Virus record (IMG/VR): IMGVR_UViG_3300015263_001568 | Span: 1 to 64,000 of that record | Strand: one strand, 5' to 3' | Source: a virus | DNA: 64,000 nt | Shown: piece by piece, positions 19,247 through 29,339 of the stretch | Position numbering within the stretch: the first letter of the stretch is position 1 | How the letters are laid out: each line of letters opens with the position of its first letter | The notes under the pieces: model-generated | Seen by the model: only the letters and a program-made list of their open reading frames with translations | Told to the model about the DNA's origin: nothing | The model's database searches: none | Translations under genes and position numbers: made by a program

Positions 19247-20107
19247 CTACTCGCGAAGCGGTACGGAATGTCGACTACACAGCTTCTTAAATTCGGACTG
19301 CGATACGCCTACCGCGTTGGCCATGGCAGCAACCGCCGAAAAGCGCTCGGCGCACATCGTCAGCAAGCGTTTGATGGAAAGGTGGAATTCTTCTTCAAGG
19401 CGAATGTCGATAGGAGGCTTTTTATCGCGACATTGCTTACTACAGTAAGATATCGTGTCCTTTTTCAGGTAGGGCTTTTCAAACGAGCGCTCACAGACGG
19501 CGCAGACATTGGCGCTGGGAATGCGTGTAACGAGGTCTGTGTCTACTTCCTTGAGAATTTCCTCTTGCAGCGCACCTTTTCGCAGATTTGCCAACGTACG
19601 CGTCAGCATCGAGCGCACCGCTGTAGGTGACATACCCAGCAAAATGGACAAGTCGTGATTTGTTAGTATTGGCCCCTGGCGACCTTCGTAGCGCATATTG
19701 CGCGCCAGGTAGTGCAAGATGCAGTTGCGCGCCCAAGGATGGTCTGTGTGGAACGCACAGCTCCGCACGGCACAGGGCTGATGTATTGCAATGTTATCCA
19801 GCTCTGGGCAGTAGAACGGCGGCTCGTGGTCAATGGTGCGCGGCTCGTCGTAGAGCTGCTCCATGTTTCCCGAGAAAATGTGCTCGACGTATTCGATGAC
19901 ACTGTCGGCCGTCATAGGACCGACAGTGTCCTCCAGAATTTTCAAATTAGCGGGGTATTGATGACAAGGCCAAGATGCCTTGCCCGCGCAGAGGTTGAGT
20001 CGGCTTTTCGTGATGCCGATGTCGAGCAGGAGCTGCCCCGCACGATGGCACACCTTGTACATTGGGCAGGACGGATTAAGGTCCTTTTTGGCAATCCGGC
20101 CTGTCAT
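19247..20107 (-). CDS. Cys-rich transcription regulator with sigma-70 region-4-like HTH
   Basis: LTNHDLSILLGMSPTAVRSMLTRTLANLR HTH, CAVC..YCSKQC Zn finger, second HTH at the C-terminus. Confidence 0.6.
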   Translation of the reverse strand: MTGRIAKKDLNPSCPMYKVCHRAGQLLLDIGITKSRLNLCAGKASWPCHQYPANLKILEDTVGPMTADSVIEYVEHIFSGNMEQLYDEPRTIDHEPPFYCPELDNIAIHQPCAVRSCAFHTDHPWARNCILHYLARNMRYEGRQGPILTNHDLSILLGMSPTAVRSMLTRTLANLRKGALQEEILKEVDTDLVTRIPSANVCAVCERSFEKPYLKKDTISYCSKQCRDKKPPIDIRLEEEFHLSIKRLLTMCAERFSAVAAMANAVGVSQSEFKKLCSRHSVPLRE

Positions 20108-20121
20108 CCAACGTCACGCGA

Positions 20122-20820
20122 TCACTCGACTTCCCAAGAATCGGAACCGTCATCGGTATCGGCTGACGCAAAGTCTAGATCGTCATCGTCTTCCATTGCG
20201 TGCAGCTTTAGCTGAGAAGACTTCTTGGACTTCTTCTTGTCCTTCTTGCTCTTCTTCGCCTTCTTGTCCTTCTTCGGGCGCCCACGCTTCTTGGGAGCCT
20301 CCTCCGTTTCGGCCTCGACGTCCTTGTCCTTCTTCGGGCGCCCGCGCTTCTTAGCAGGAGGAGCCTCGTCAGCCTCGGCGTCCTTGTTCTTCTTCGGACG
20401 CCCACGCTTCTTGGGAGCCTCGTCAGCCTCGGCGTCCTTGTTCTTCTTCGGGCGCCCGCGCTTCTTGGGAGCCTCTTCCGTGGTCTCAGACTTCCTCGGG
20501 CGCCCGCGCTTCTTGGGAGCCTCTTCGGCCGCAGCAGCAGCCTTCGGAGGACGTCCACGGCGCTTCTGTGGCGCTGGCGCTGTATCGGCACTCTCCGTCG
20601 CTGGAGCGGCAAGTGGCTCCACCTTGTCGATGCTCTGCACATCTGCGGTAGGAATGTACCGCGTGATGCGCTGATGCAGTGCTGGGCGGCCTCGCCCCTG
20701 CTTCACTACAACATCGAATTGGACCTGCACGAAGCTGCTATCCATTCCGAGAAGCAAGCCATCGACGTTTGCCTTCTTACCTTTGAGGGTTACGCTTACC
20801 TGTTCGGCCTTCTTTGGCAT
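20122..20820 (-). CDS. HMGA-like AT-hook DNA-binding protein with Sm-like N-domain
   Basis: 7 RGRP cores (mostly KKRGRPKK), acidic C-tail EDDDDLDFASADTDDGSDSWEVE, AGGAGG RBS. Confidence 0.85.
   Translation of the reverse strand: MPKKAEQVSVTLKGKKANVDGLLLGMDSSFVQVQFDVVVKQGRGRPALHQRITRYIPTADVQSIDKVEPLAAPATESADTAPAPQKRRGRPPKAAAAAEEAPKKRGRPRKSETTEEAPKKRGRPKKNKDAEADEAPKKRGRPKKNKDAEADEAPPAKKRGRPKKDKDVEAETEEAPKKRGRPKKDKKAKKSKKDKKKSKKSSQLKLHAMEDDDDLDFASADTDDGSDSWEVE
20265..20565 (-). repeat. Tandem coding repeats of the AT-hook unit
   Basis: Repeated cttcttcgg[ga]cgccc[ag]cgcttctt units on the plus strand. Confidence 0.85.
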
Positions 20821-20850
20821 TTTGCCTCCTATCGTCTGCCGACTGTCTGT

Positions 20851-22446
20851 CTATGTGAGGTCTTCACGTAGTCGAATGAATCGGTTAAATCGTCCAATCG
20901 CAACTTCTGTCTTATCACCTTGAACGCGAAAGTCAACCTTCATCCCAACGATGTCTTTGCGTTTTTGCCAGTACGTCATACGCTGGTCGTTATCCGACGC
21001 ATGAGCAAACCCCCCACCAACATGAAATTGGCGCCCTTTGTACTTCACCACAAAGTAGCCGAGGCGCTCACCATAACGGTACGAGCAATGCCCCTTCCGA
21101 TGCGTAGAAATCCGGCGGTCCGTCGCATCACTAATAGCTTCACGTAGTTCGGCGCTAAGTGCCCGCGGCCGATCTACAGAACAATGCAAGTACGAACCAT
21201 CGTCTTCGACAGATCCCCACTCCTCCATGATGGCACGTACCTTCTTGACGTCTGCCTTGGAGGCACCCGCGTGCTTGCCCTTACCCGCCACCGCATCAAC
21301 GATGGTACCGGTCACATCATCCTCTGGCTTCAACTTCAGGCACAGGTCGGTACGCTTGAACACATGTGGTGCCTTGGGGTCTTTGACCATGATGCCTTCA
21401 AACGATTGGTCGAGGCACCAATCGTAGTAGGCTTGCATCTCGTCCACGTCCAACACCATCCGATGCGCCAGAATCCACACATTGCTGGAAAATTTGGCAA
21501 CGCGCTTGGCTTTTTGCCAATTGGCTACCGTTGACAATAGCGCCCTTTTACGACGGCTCCACGCCACGTCAAACGATCCGCGCATGTAGTTTGGCAGCCA
21601 GGACCAATCGAATAGCACGCAGCGCACTTCCTTCAAAAAGTCGCGCTTGTTGAAGTTCTTTGTGCTGCGGATCAAACTTGACGTACGGTTCCAGCTTCCA
21701 TCCACTGCCAGAAATTCACCGTCCAAAAAGACGGGTTTGTCTTCGCGCGTCTTGGTGATGCGGTTAAGCGCGCGAGCGATATCACAGAGCTGCGAAGAAA
21801 ATTCCGCTACCTGCTCGATGTGCTCACGGCGCTTATTTCCGCGCGTGTAAATGTGAATGCGCTGCTCAGCCGGAAAGGCAAATACCAATGCGCGCTCGCC
21901 ATCCAGCTTGGGCTCCACCGCCAAGGGAAAACGTGGGCGCTTGCTGCCCTTGTAGACGTCTTCGTACTTCTTTGCCAGCAAGCAGCCGTTAAAGCTCCAT
22001 CCGCGGTCTTTTTCCTCGGTAGAACGCCAGAAGTCCTTTCCCCAAATCTTGGTGATGGTCTTTTTGCTTACACCGATACGTAAATCGTGGTTGAGGATGC
22101 GGCGAAACCACTTCGCGAGATGCTTGGGAACCGACACCAGTAGCCGGTCTGTAGCCATGGAGGCTGTCTGCCCAGTCATTTCGCGTGACGTCAAAGCCTT
22201 TGCCAAGCGCACGAACTTGTCCCACGCTTCCCGCTCATCGGGAACCGTTACCGCCGGGACAAGGTTGGCAGTAGGATGCACATGGTACATGTCGCCACCG
22301 AGTGCCATCAAGACAATGGTACGCAGCAACTGGTTGTCTTTTTCCTGCTCCAAGACAGTCTCTTTGGAGAGGCGACTAGACATGTTCTCCATGTGATCGA
22401 GAGCCTTAATAGCGGCCTCGATTTCTGCCTTCGTGACGCGCGGCAT
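20851..22446 (-). CDS. lig: ATP-dependent DNA ligase
   Basis: Motif I EPKLDGER, motif III FLDGE, IIIa LFD, IV EGIMVK, V KLKP. Confidence 0.93.
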   Translation of the reverse strand: MPRVTKAEIEAAIKALDHMENMSSRLSKETVLEQEKDNQLLRTIVLMALGGDMYHVHPTANLVPAVTVPDEREAWDKFVRLAKALTSREMTGQTASMATDRLLVSVPKHLAKWFRRILNHDLRIGVSKKTITKIWGKDFWRSTEEKDRGWSFNGCLLAKKYEDVYKGSKRPRFPLAVEPKLDGERALVFAFPAEQRIHIYTRGNKRREHIEQVAEFSSQLCDIARALNRITKTREDKPVFLDGEFLAVDGSWNRTSSLIRSTKNFNKRDFLKEVRCVLFDWSWLPNYMRGSFDVAWSRRKRALLSTVANWQKAKRVAKFSSNVWILAHRMVLDVDEMQAYYDWCLDQSFEGIMVKDPKAPHVFKRTDLCLKLKPEDDVTGTIVDAVAGKGKHAGASKADVKKVRAIMEEWGSVEDDGSYLHCSVDRPRALSAELREAISDATDRRISTHRKGHCSYRYGERLGYFVVKYKGRQFHVGGGFAHASDNDQRMTYWQKRKDIVGMKVDFRVQGDKTEVAIGRFNRFIRLREDLT

Positions 22447-23600
22447 TATTCTGCCTTGGTGGTATGGTGGTGCACGGCCTTTTTGACGATGGCCGGCTTG
22501 TACAGCTCACGGAAGTCCTTGAGAGGATACGTCAACGTGATGCCCGCGTGCACGCCTTCGATGCAAATCAGCGAAACCTGCCCTGCGGCATTTTTCGCCA
22601 CGAAGCCCTTGCATGCCATTCCGGTAGCACGGTCCGTCCACGTCACGGTGTCGCCCAGCGCGAACTTGAACTTTTCCTTGTCCTTCGTGCTGCCACGTCG
22701 GCGCATGACGACGCTGTAGTCGCTGAAGAACCTACGCGCGAGGTCGATCTGCTCAGCGTTGGTAAAGCCATTCAGAATATCCTGAACGCTTTGCAGTGCG
22801 TCATCGATCTTCAGCGCCGGATAGGACCTCTGGCACTTTTCCTCGAACCACTTCAACACGCGCTCTTGTCCCCGCAAGTAGTTGTAATGAACTTCCGAAG
22901 CGCGCTTGAGAAGCTCAATCGTGGGCTCGTCCATCCCCATAGCCTCTGGCACCACGTCGGCCATCTCATGGCTAATGAAGAATGACTGGCAGCTCCACTT
23001 GTCCTCACGCATCGGCTCGCCGCTGACCGTGTTCTTCTCGCTGCACACCGCTCCATGAGGGCCTACATACTTCCACACTGCGCACTGTCGGCATTCCAAG
23101 GGGATGACATCGCCGACCACATAGTCCTTACCAGCATGCTGGTAGCCCTTCTGCACTGTGTAGGTAGACGGTAACTGTTTCGGCTTCGGTCCACGCTTTG
23201 CTTGCTCCTTGGAAGACGTTGCAGCCTTTGCAGGCGCAGCAGACTTTACAGGAGCTGCCTTCGCTCCCTTTTTTGGCGGAGCGGGCTCGTCATCCTCGTC
23301 TTCGTCTTCATACTCGAAATCATCATCCTCCTCGTCGCCATCCTCCTCTTCATCGAAGTCCTCGTCGTCTTCGTCCTCGTCGTCTTCGTCGTCCTCCTCT
23401 TCGTCCTCCTCCTCTCCATCCTCGCTATCTTCCCCGTCCTCGCTATCTTCCCCGTCCTCATCCTCATCGTCGAACTCTTCGTCGTCCTCGTCTTCCCCTT
23501 CCTCGTCCTCGAACTCTTCGTCGTCCTCGGTAATATCCTCGTCTTCGTCGTCCAGTGCCTCAACCGCGGCTTCTAGCTTTTTCCGGCTATCCTTAGACAT
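22446..23600 (-). CDS. Protein with about 90-aa D/E N-terminal tract, Cys cluster and C-terminal KOW/SH3-like domain
   Basis: AGGAGG RBS; CRQC..C..C; KFALGDTVTW motif. Confidence 0.75.
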   Translation of the reverse strand: MSKDSRKKLEAAVEALDDEDEDITEDDEEFEDEEGEDEDDEEFDDEDEDGEDSEDGEDSEDGEEEDEEEDDEDDEDEDDEDFDEEEDGDEEDDDFEYEDEDEDDEPAPPKKGAKAAPVKSAAPAKAATSSKEQAKRGPKPKQLPSTYTVQKGYQHAGKDYVVGDVIPLECRQCAVWKYVGPHGAVCSEKNTVSGEPMREDKWSCQSFFISHEMADVVPEAMGMDEPTIELLKRASEVHYNYLRGQERVLKWFEEKCQRSYPALKIDDALQSVQDILNGFTNAEQIDLARRFFSDYSVVMRRRGSTKDKEKFKFALGDTVTWTDRATGMACKGFVAKNAAGQVSLICIEGVHAGITLTYPLKDFRELYKPAIVKKAVHHHTTKAE

Positions 23601-23608
23601 GTGGCCTC

Positions 23609-24400
23609 CTATTCGTCGTCTTCGATTTCTGCCAGGGCTCCGACAACCAATCGTATGTCATCGGCGTCGACTTTATGTTCCTGCGCAATCGCTTCGATAT
23701 TTACTTCTTCGCGGTCTTGCGCCTCAAAATAATGGTTCACAGCTTGGCCGAGATAGATCCCATCACCGTCAATGCCTTCAACCCAACGGTAAAAGCTCAC
23801 TGCGGTATTTTTTCCTACACCTACCTTGGTCAAACGCTTACACGTTTTCTTCCACAAATCCTGGCTAATGTCGTCCATCAAACGCTTCACTGTCAACCGG
23901 CGAATTCGGTCGTGGTAGCGTTCATCGACTTCTGCAAGGATTTTGTCGAACCACCATTGCAAGCGCCGCCGCGGTGCTTTAGCCTTTTTGTCTACAACGA
24001 GCGCAGCTTCTTTGACAGAGGAAGCAAGCGGGATGTCCACAGCCTCTTCCTCGATGCGTTGATTTACCACATCCGGAAGCTGCCGCAGCATCTCGACCAC
24101 TTTGCCTTCGCGTGTTACTGCGTCAATGATGGGGACACCCATACGATTAAGGTCTTCTGGATTGCCAAAAACCAGCAAGCGGTGAATGCTACTATGGTGC
24201 TCGCGCAGCGCTTGCAACTTGCTCGTATCGCGCAGTAGCACAATGTGCCGCTTGTTCGTGTCTGACAAATCCAAGTCTTCAGGCAGCTCCGGTAGTGGCG
24301 GATACACATGCATCCGCTCGCCTCGATTGTACTTGTAATGGATTACAATGACTTCTGGCGAGAGCACCGAAAAGCCTACCGCTCGCACGGTTTCGCTCAT
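23609..24400 (-). CDS. Hypothetical protein
   Basis: 263 aa within the coupled block. Confidence 0.7.
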   Translation of the reverse strand: MSETVRAVGFSVLSPEVIVIHYKYNRGERMHVYPPLPELPEDLDLSDTNKRHIVLLRDTSKLQALREHHSSIHRLLVFGNPEDLNRMGVPIIDAVTREGKVVEMLRQLPDVVNQRIEEEAVDIPLASSVKEAALVVDKKAKAPRRRLQWWFDKILAEVDERYHDRIRRLTVKRLMDDISQDLWKKTCKRLTKVGVGKNTAVSFYRWVEGIDGDGIYLGQAVNHYFEAQDREEVNIEAIAQEHKVDADDIRLVVGALAEIEDDE

Positions 24401-24963
24401 TGTTGCACTATCCTTCTTAGGCGTTCAAACAGCGGCGCTCGCGCACTGGAAAATGGGAGTACCACGGACAGGTAGCCTGTGTCAATGGCGGTGATTTCCG
24501 TGTTCAGCGGGGCCTTGGTGTTCGCATCATCGCCAATGAATTTTACCTGGATACGTTTGTTGCCCTGCACATCTTTCAGCCGAACATTAGGCTTGCTGCT
24601 GATCAAGCTTGGATGGCTGACAATTGAAAATCCGGTGTCTGTTACGATGAACGGCAGCTTTTCAGGAAGAAAGCCCGCAATCTCCTGCACTGTATTGTGC
24701 AGCAGCTTATGGGTATCATCCCAACGCTCGTCGTACTCTTGACACAAATCCCAATACAACATAGCCGCAGTCTTATCCGACTCGATGCGCGCCATGCGTT
24801 GCAGCAATGCCATGCTGGAAAGAGTAAATGAGCGGCCGTCTTTCATGAGGATGCGCAGCGCGCCATCACCGAACGATATCTGCTGCACTATGTTGGGGTT
24901 TAGGAACTCGTACAACGACGCGCTTCCTTCACGGTACATCTGTAGAAAAACGTTGACCAACAT
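24397..24963 (-). CDS. Hypothetical protein
   Basis: Start moved to ATG 24963, immediately after the sbcC stop. Confidence 0.6.
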   Translation of the reverse strand: MLVNVFLQMYREGSASLYEFLNPNIVQQISFGDGALRILMKDGRSFTLSSMALLQRMARIESDKTAAMLYWDLCQEYDERWDDTHKLLHNTVQEIAGFLPEKLPFIVTDTGFSIVSHPSLISSKPNVRLKDVQGNKRIQVKFIGDDANTKAPLNTEITAIDTGYLSVVLPFSSARAPLFERLRRIVQQ

Positions 24964-24964
24964 A

Positions 24965-27394
24965 TTAGCTTCGATCGTAGCGTGCTGCAATTTGTTGATA
25001 GCGCGCAGGGATGCCGCCTCTATACAGCGTTGACTCATTATTTTCGCGAACAGCCCACCACACTTGGTCCCAAACGGGATCTGCCAAAACTTCAGGCCGA
25101 TGGCTTACGACGAACACCGAGCCGAACTTTTGGCGCAGCATGCCTAGGATGCTGATCAAGCCAGCCGTCCCCTGCGGGTCGAGGCTTCCAAATGGTTCGT
25201 CTACAATGAGCACGTTTGTCGATGACTCTGTGTAGCGCTCTTTAAGGTCTCGCATACCAAACAGCATTGCCAATCCACTTTTGTGCTGCTCGCCTCCAGA
25301 TAGCAAGCTGCTACGCGTGGCAATATTACCATCTCGGCGACGGAGTTGGAATTGTATCGCATCCATGCTCTCTGACAACTCCAAGTCCACCGTGCGTCGG
25401 GGCCAGAGCACACTACTATACACCGGTACAGTAGTCTCAGTCGCGTCCTGCAAGATGGCGCGAAATCGATCTTGCTTGAGACCTTGGCTGCCGAATGCTT
25501 TCTTGAGGGCCTCCAGGCAGCGCTTGTTGCGCAGGATGCCAGTACCCTTAGCCAACCCCTTACGGACTTGAGCAAGCCGTGCCTGGAGCGTCTCCGATGC
25601 GCTGAGGCGCTCTTCCAGGATGGCTATCTGCCGACTCAGGTCTTCGGTCTGCGCAGTAGCGGAGCTGACGATCTTCTCGGCTCTGGCTAGCTGCTCCGCA
25701 GTCTGCTCGCGATTGCCTTTGGGAAGATCATCCATCTGGTCAATCCGAGTGCGCACCCGAGCAATAGCCTTCGCTCGTCGGCGCAGAGCGTTCGCCTTTT
25801 TGTGCAACCCGGCGATCTGCTCTTCTGGAACCGTACCGCGTGCATCTATTTCTTGTATCTGAATCTCAAGATCGTGCTTTTGCTGCGAAATTTCTTTTTC
25901 AGCCACCAGTTCTTTTTCCCGCTTGGTGGCTGTACGGATATCGCGCTGCACCTCTACCGGTGTGCGGGTGGTATCGATGGACTTGAGCCGTGCAGCTAAC
26001 TGCTCATACTTTTCTGAAGTTTCTAGCGCCGACTTGGCAGCGAATATTTCCTTCTTGACTTTACGCAGCTGCTGTCGGGCACCGCGCAGCTTTTCCCGCA
26101 GTGCTTCTGGATCGCTTTTTGTGTCGAGAGGGCGGTGGCACGTTGGGCAAACGCTCTTGTCTAAATGGCGTACTGTTACCTCTATCTCACGCTCTAGCGC
26201 CCCTTCTTCACGCATATACGCTTCTACTTGCTTGCGCAGCGGCTCAACATTTTCAGGCGGCTTGTCGAGTCCGGCCAGCTCTTCCGTGATTTCGTATCGC
26301 TGCTCAGCCTGTGGTAGCTCGGTATTTTGTAGGTAGCGCAGCTGTGACTTTACTTCGCTCAAGTCGGTGTCGATGTCCGCTAAGGCACGTCCAGACAGCT
26401 TGGACAGCTGGCGCTCAAGAATGTCTCTTCGTTGCGCTGCTTCACGTTGACGTTGCGCTGTATGATATGCATCCGACGCATCGGTGGCTTGTTGGTCGAT
26501 GGATTCGACTTCGGCGTCATCGATATCCGACGGTTTGTCGTACCATTTCCCGAGGTCTGCATCGTCCCAGATCACTCTGACCTGCTCAATAAGTTGCTTG
26601 CGCTGGTCGAGCTGGTTCAAGCGATCTCGTAGCTCCCGTGATTCCTGTACAGCCGCGTTGGACTCTGTGCGCAGCTCTTTTAGCTGGCGCTTGCGCTTCT
26701 TGAGTCTGGAACGCATTTTGTCGACATCACCAATATCGCCAGCGCGCGCTTCGAGGCTACCCAACTCGCGTTCCAAAGCCTCGATGTCGACCAAGCTAGT
26801 GGCCACGGATTTTTCACGGTCTCGGAAAATGGCGTACATGTTGTCGAAGACATCAAGCCCAAACATCTCTGTCAGGCGTTTGTAGCGATCGCTTCGCTTA
26901 CCATGCAGTAGCACATGGCTTAGCTTCTGCGGCAGGTACACCAAGTTGAAAAAGCTTGTGTCATCCAGACCTAGGTGAGCCTCACGGATCCATTTATGCG
27001 GCGCACGCGCAGCTCTGCTCGGAATGATGTTTTGGCCTGTGGACGTGTCCACAACACGGATCGCATCACCGTGAAGCGTGTGCTTACGATATTGTCGAAT
27101 TTCAAACGGGCGGCCATCTACGCGGTATTTTAGCACCGCCTCGAAGTCTTTTCCCGCAAGGTCGTTGACAACGTCGTTCTTGGAAAATTCCTGGCCCGAG
27201 CCTCGACCTCCGTAGCCTACCTGGATACTGGAAAATATTTCCCACAGTGAGGTTTTTCCACAAGCCAGGAAGCCACCATCGTCTACGTTCAATCCGCGCA
27301 CCAACACCAACCCTTGACCATCCAACGGTAAGTCGCAGTGGCGGTAGACGTAGCCGTTTTTGAACGTCAGGTGATCGTACTGAATGTGCGGCAT
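24965..27394 (-). CDS. sbcC: SbcC/Rad50-like SMC ATPase
   Basis: Walker A ACGKTS, Zn-hook CPTC in the coiled coil, signature LSGGE, Walker B/D-loop IVDEPFGSLD, H-loop VSH. Confidence 0.93.
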   Translation of the reverse strand: MPHIQYDHLTFKNGYVYRHCDLPLDGQGLVLVRGLNVDDGGFLACGKTSLWEIFSSIQVGYGGRGSGQEFSKNDVVNDLAGKDFEAVLKYRVDGRPFEIRQYRKHTLHGDAIRVVDTSTGQNIIPSRAARAPHKWIREAHLGLDDTSFFNLVYLPQKLSHVLLHGKRSDRYKRLTEMFGLDVFDNMYAIFRDREKSVATSLVDIEALERELGSLEARAGDIGDVDKMRSRLKKRKRQLKELRTESNAAVQESRELRDRLNQLDQRKQLIEQVRVIWDDADLGKWYDKPSDIDDAEVESIDQQATDASDAYHTAQRQREAAQRRDILERQLSKLSGRALADIDTDLSEVKSQLRYLQNTELPQAEQRYEITEELAGLDKPPENVEPLRKQVEAYMREEGALEREIEVTVRHLDKSVCPTCHRPLDTKSDPEALREKLRGARQQLRKVKKEIFAAKSALETSEKYEQLAARLKSIDTTRTPVEVQRDIRTATKREKELVAEKEISQQKHDLEIQIQEIDARGTVPEEQIAGLHKKANALRRRAKAIARVRTRIDQMDDLPKGNREQTAEQLARAEKIVSSATAQTEDLSRQIAILEERLSASETLQARLAQVRKGLAKGTGILRNKRCLEALKKAFGSQGLKQDRFRAILQDATETTVPVYSSVLWPRRTVDLELSESMDAIQFQLRRRDGNIATRSSLLSGGEQHKSGLAMLFGMRDLKERYTESSTNVLIVDEPFGSLDPQGTAGLISILGMLRQKFGSVFVVSHRPEVLADPVWDQVWWAVRENNESTLYRGGIPARYQQIAARYDRS

Positions 27395-27927
27395 TATGGT
27401 GTGGGTTTCTTCGGCTTCTTCGGTTTAGTGGCGGTGCTCTTAGGCTTGCTAGTTTTCGTCTTCGTTGTCTTTGCTTTACTCGTCGGCTTTACGACAGAGG
27501 TACTTTCTGCTTTTGGTTTGCGCTTAGTGGTGCGCTTTACCGGCGGAGGCGGTTCTTCCACAGTAGGAACTTCTGGTGCAGTAGGAACTTCTGGGGCAGC
27601 TTCTATGACAACTGTAGTTTCTGGCTCGATGATGGGCGTATCGATCGGCTCGGGGATGACGTCTTCCAGCACTTCTGGTGGCAAAGGCGCCATTTTTGCT
27701 TGTGCCAGCTCCAACAAACGAATGAAGTCCCCCATCAATACAAGGCGCCGGCCACGGCCCACCAAACCAGACCGCAGATGCTGCTCCTGGTCTTCACGTA
27801 GCTGCATCACTACATAGACGTTGTTGACATCCTCTTCAATAGCAGCCGCCAGATCACGGGCGTTCCTGCTAGAGAGAAATGCAGCCAACGTCACATGTGG
27901 GTCAGATTTTTCAGACATCTTACCCAC
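27394..27927 (-). CDS. Hypothetical protein with P/E-rich then K/T-rich disordered tail
   Basis: ORF track and composition; the start could instead be the internal MSEKSD. Confidence 0.65.
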   Translation of the reverse strand: MGKMSEKSDPHVTLAAFLSSRNARDLAAAIEEDVNNVYVVMQLREDQEQHLRSGLVGRGRRLVLMGDFIRLLELAQAKMAPLPPEVLEDVIPEPIDTPIIEPETTVVIEAAPEVPTAPEVPTVEEPPPPVKRTTKRKPKAESTSVVKPTSKAKTTKTKTSKPKSTATKPKKPKKPTP

Positions 27928-28141
27928 CTGTCAGTAGCGCAATGTACGGGACCAACTCAGCTGGAACAGGGTCTAGGGTTACGTTGGTGGATGGGTAATC
28001 AGCGCAGTTAGTATTTGTGCAGACAGCTTTAGTCACCACAAAATGGAACACTGTGTTTTCAGGCTCCACATCTGTGCGGCGCACTTCACTTCCCGTGACC
28101 ATGAAATTGGTGTGGTTGCCGCAGACATTGCAAGTTGGCAT
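27920..28141 (-). CDS. Small Zn-binding protein
   Basis: CNVC...CTNTNC; AGGAG RBS. Confidence 0.65.
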   Translation of the reverse strand: MPTCNVCGNHTNFMVTGSEVRRTDVEPENTVFHFVVTKAVCTNTNCADYPSTNVTLDPVPAELVPYIALLTGG

Positions 28142-28144
28142 TTC

Positions 28145-29335
28145 CTACTCTCCTTTACGCCGACGAGGTTTCTCTGACCAGGAAGACGTCACCGCAATGG
28201 CGCGCAACGTAGCCATATCGAGTAAGCCATGCTGGCTAGCGTACGATCGAGAGCGCTCTTGCACTCCGAGGAAAATGTCCAGCAGCTTGGCAATGTCTTG
28301 TATCTTCGCTACGTCGTGGTGCCCGTTTGGTAAACTAACACCTTTAAGATACCACGAATTTTGACTTATAGGAAGACGGCTTGGCTCCACCCAAGTGTAG
28401 AGAATTTGCTGAATGGTGGTGATCACACGGTTCAGAAAGAATACTAGGTCTACGGAGTCCGCCATGGCCTTTTGTACAGCAGCGAGCGTCTGCTCATATC
28501 GACCTTGGAACAACCCATCTACATACTGCTGCACGATGACGTAGCTGGCATAAGACTCCGACTCCTCCAGCACCTTCGGCAGCAGCGTTTCTAGGTCGAC
28601 TTTTCCATCAGCAACTTCCACAGCGTTTCTGAGCTGCGATAGCAAGGTCAGCGCATCTCTTGGATGACCGGCTGAAATTTCCGCGATCTTCTTCAGCCCT
28701 GTCTTCAGCTCTGCTTTCTTGAGCCCACTAGTGTGCAGTTCTTCTGCTTTGGCCACCCGCGCGAGCAGGCGATAGCACTCTGGCACCGTGACTGGGTTTA
28801 GATGGTAGCGTTGGCAACGGCTCAGAATGGTGCGCGGCACCAATTCCGGATTGGTGGTGCACAGAATAAAGCGCGTTCTCGGTGGTGGTTCCTCAAATAT
28901 CTTGAGCGCTGCTTGAAACGCGTCTTTGGTGATCTGGTGAGCTTCATCGAAGATGTACACCCGAAAGCGGCCAAAGCGCGGGGCGTACGCGATGTGCTGT
29001 TTCAGATCGCGAATATCACCGATGCCGCGGTTCGAGGCTGCGTTGATTTCCACAACGTCTGGGTGCTCCCCTTCACCACGGATGGCTTTCAACATGATTT
29101 TGCAGCTTGGGCATTCACCACAAGGCTCTTCCGCTGACTTTCGGCACACCAGATAGCGAGCGATCAAACGCGAGAAGCTGGTCTTGCCGGAGGAGTATGG
29201 GCCACTGAACAGAATCGTTGGAGCGATCCGCCCAGACTTGAGCATGCCACGGATATTATCCACGACATGTTCTTGGCCGATGACTTCCTCTAGCGTGGTT
29301 GGTCGATACTTGTTTGCGAGGCTTTTCGATTCCAT
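28145..29335 (-). CDS. dnaX: DNA polymerase III clamp loader gamma/tau
   Basis: LANKYRP..EVIGQ, Walker A GPYSSGKTS, Zn module PCGECPSC, DEAH and SRC motifs. Start set at MESKS. Confidence 0.93.
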   Translation of the reverse strand: MESKSLANKYRPTTLEEVIGQEHVVDNIRGMLKSGRIAPTILFSGPYSSGKTSFSRLIARYLVCRKSAEEPCGECPSCKIMLKAIRGEGEHPDVVEINAASNRGIGDIRDLKQHIAYAPRFGRFRVYIFDEAHQITKDAFQAALKIFEEPPPRTRFILCTTNPELVPRTILSRCQRYHLNPVTVPECYRLLARVAKAEELHTSGLKKAELKTGLKKIAEISAGHPRDALTLLSQLRNAVEVADGKVDLETLLPKVLEESESYASYVIVQQYVDGLFQGRYEQTLAAVQKAMADSVDLVFFLNRVITTIQQILYTWVEPSRLPISQNSWYLKGVSLPNGHHDVAKIQDIAKLLDIFLGVQERSRSYASQHGLLDMATLRAIAVTSSWSEKPRRRKGE

Positions 29336-29339
29336 TTGT

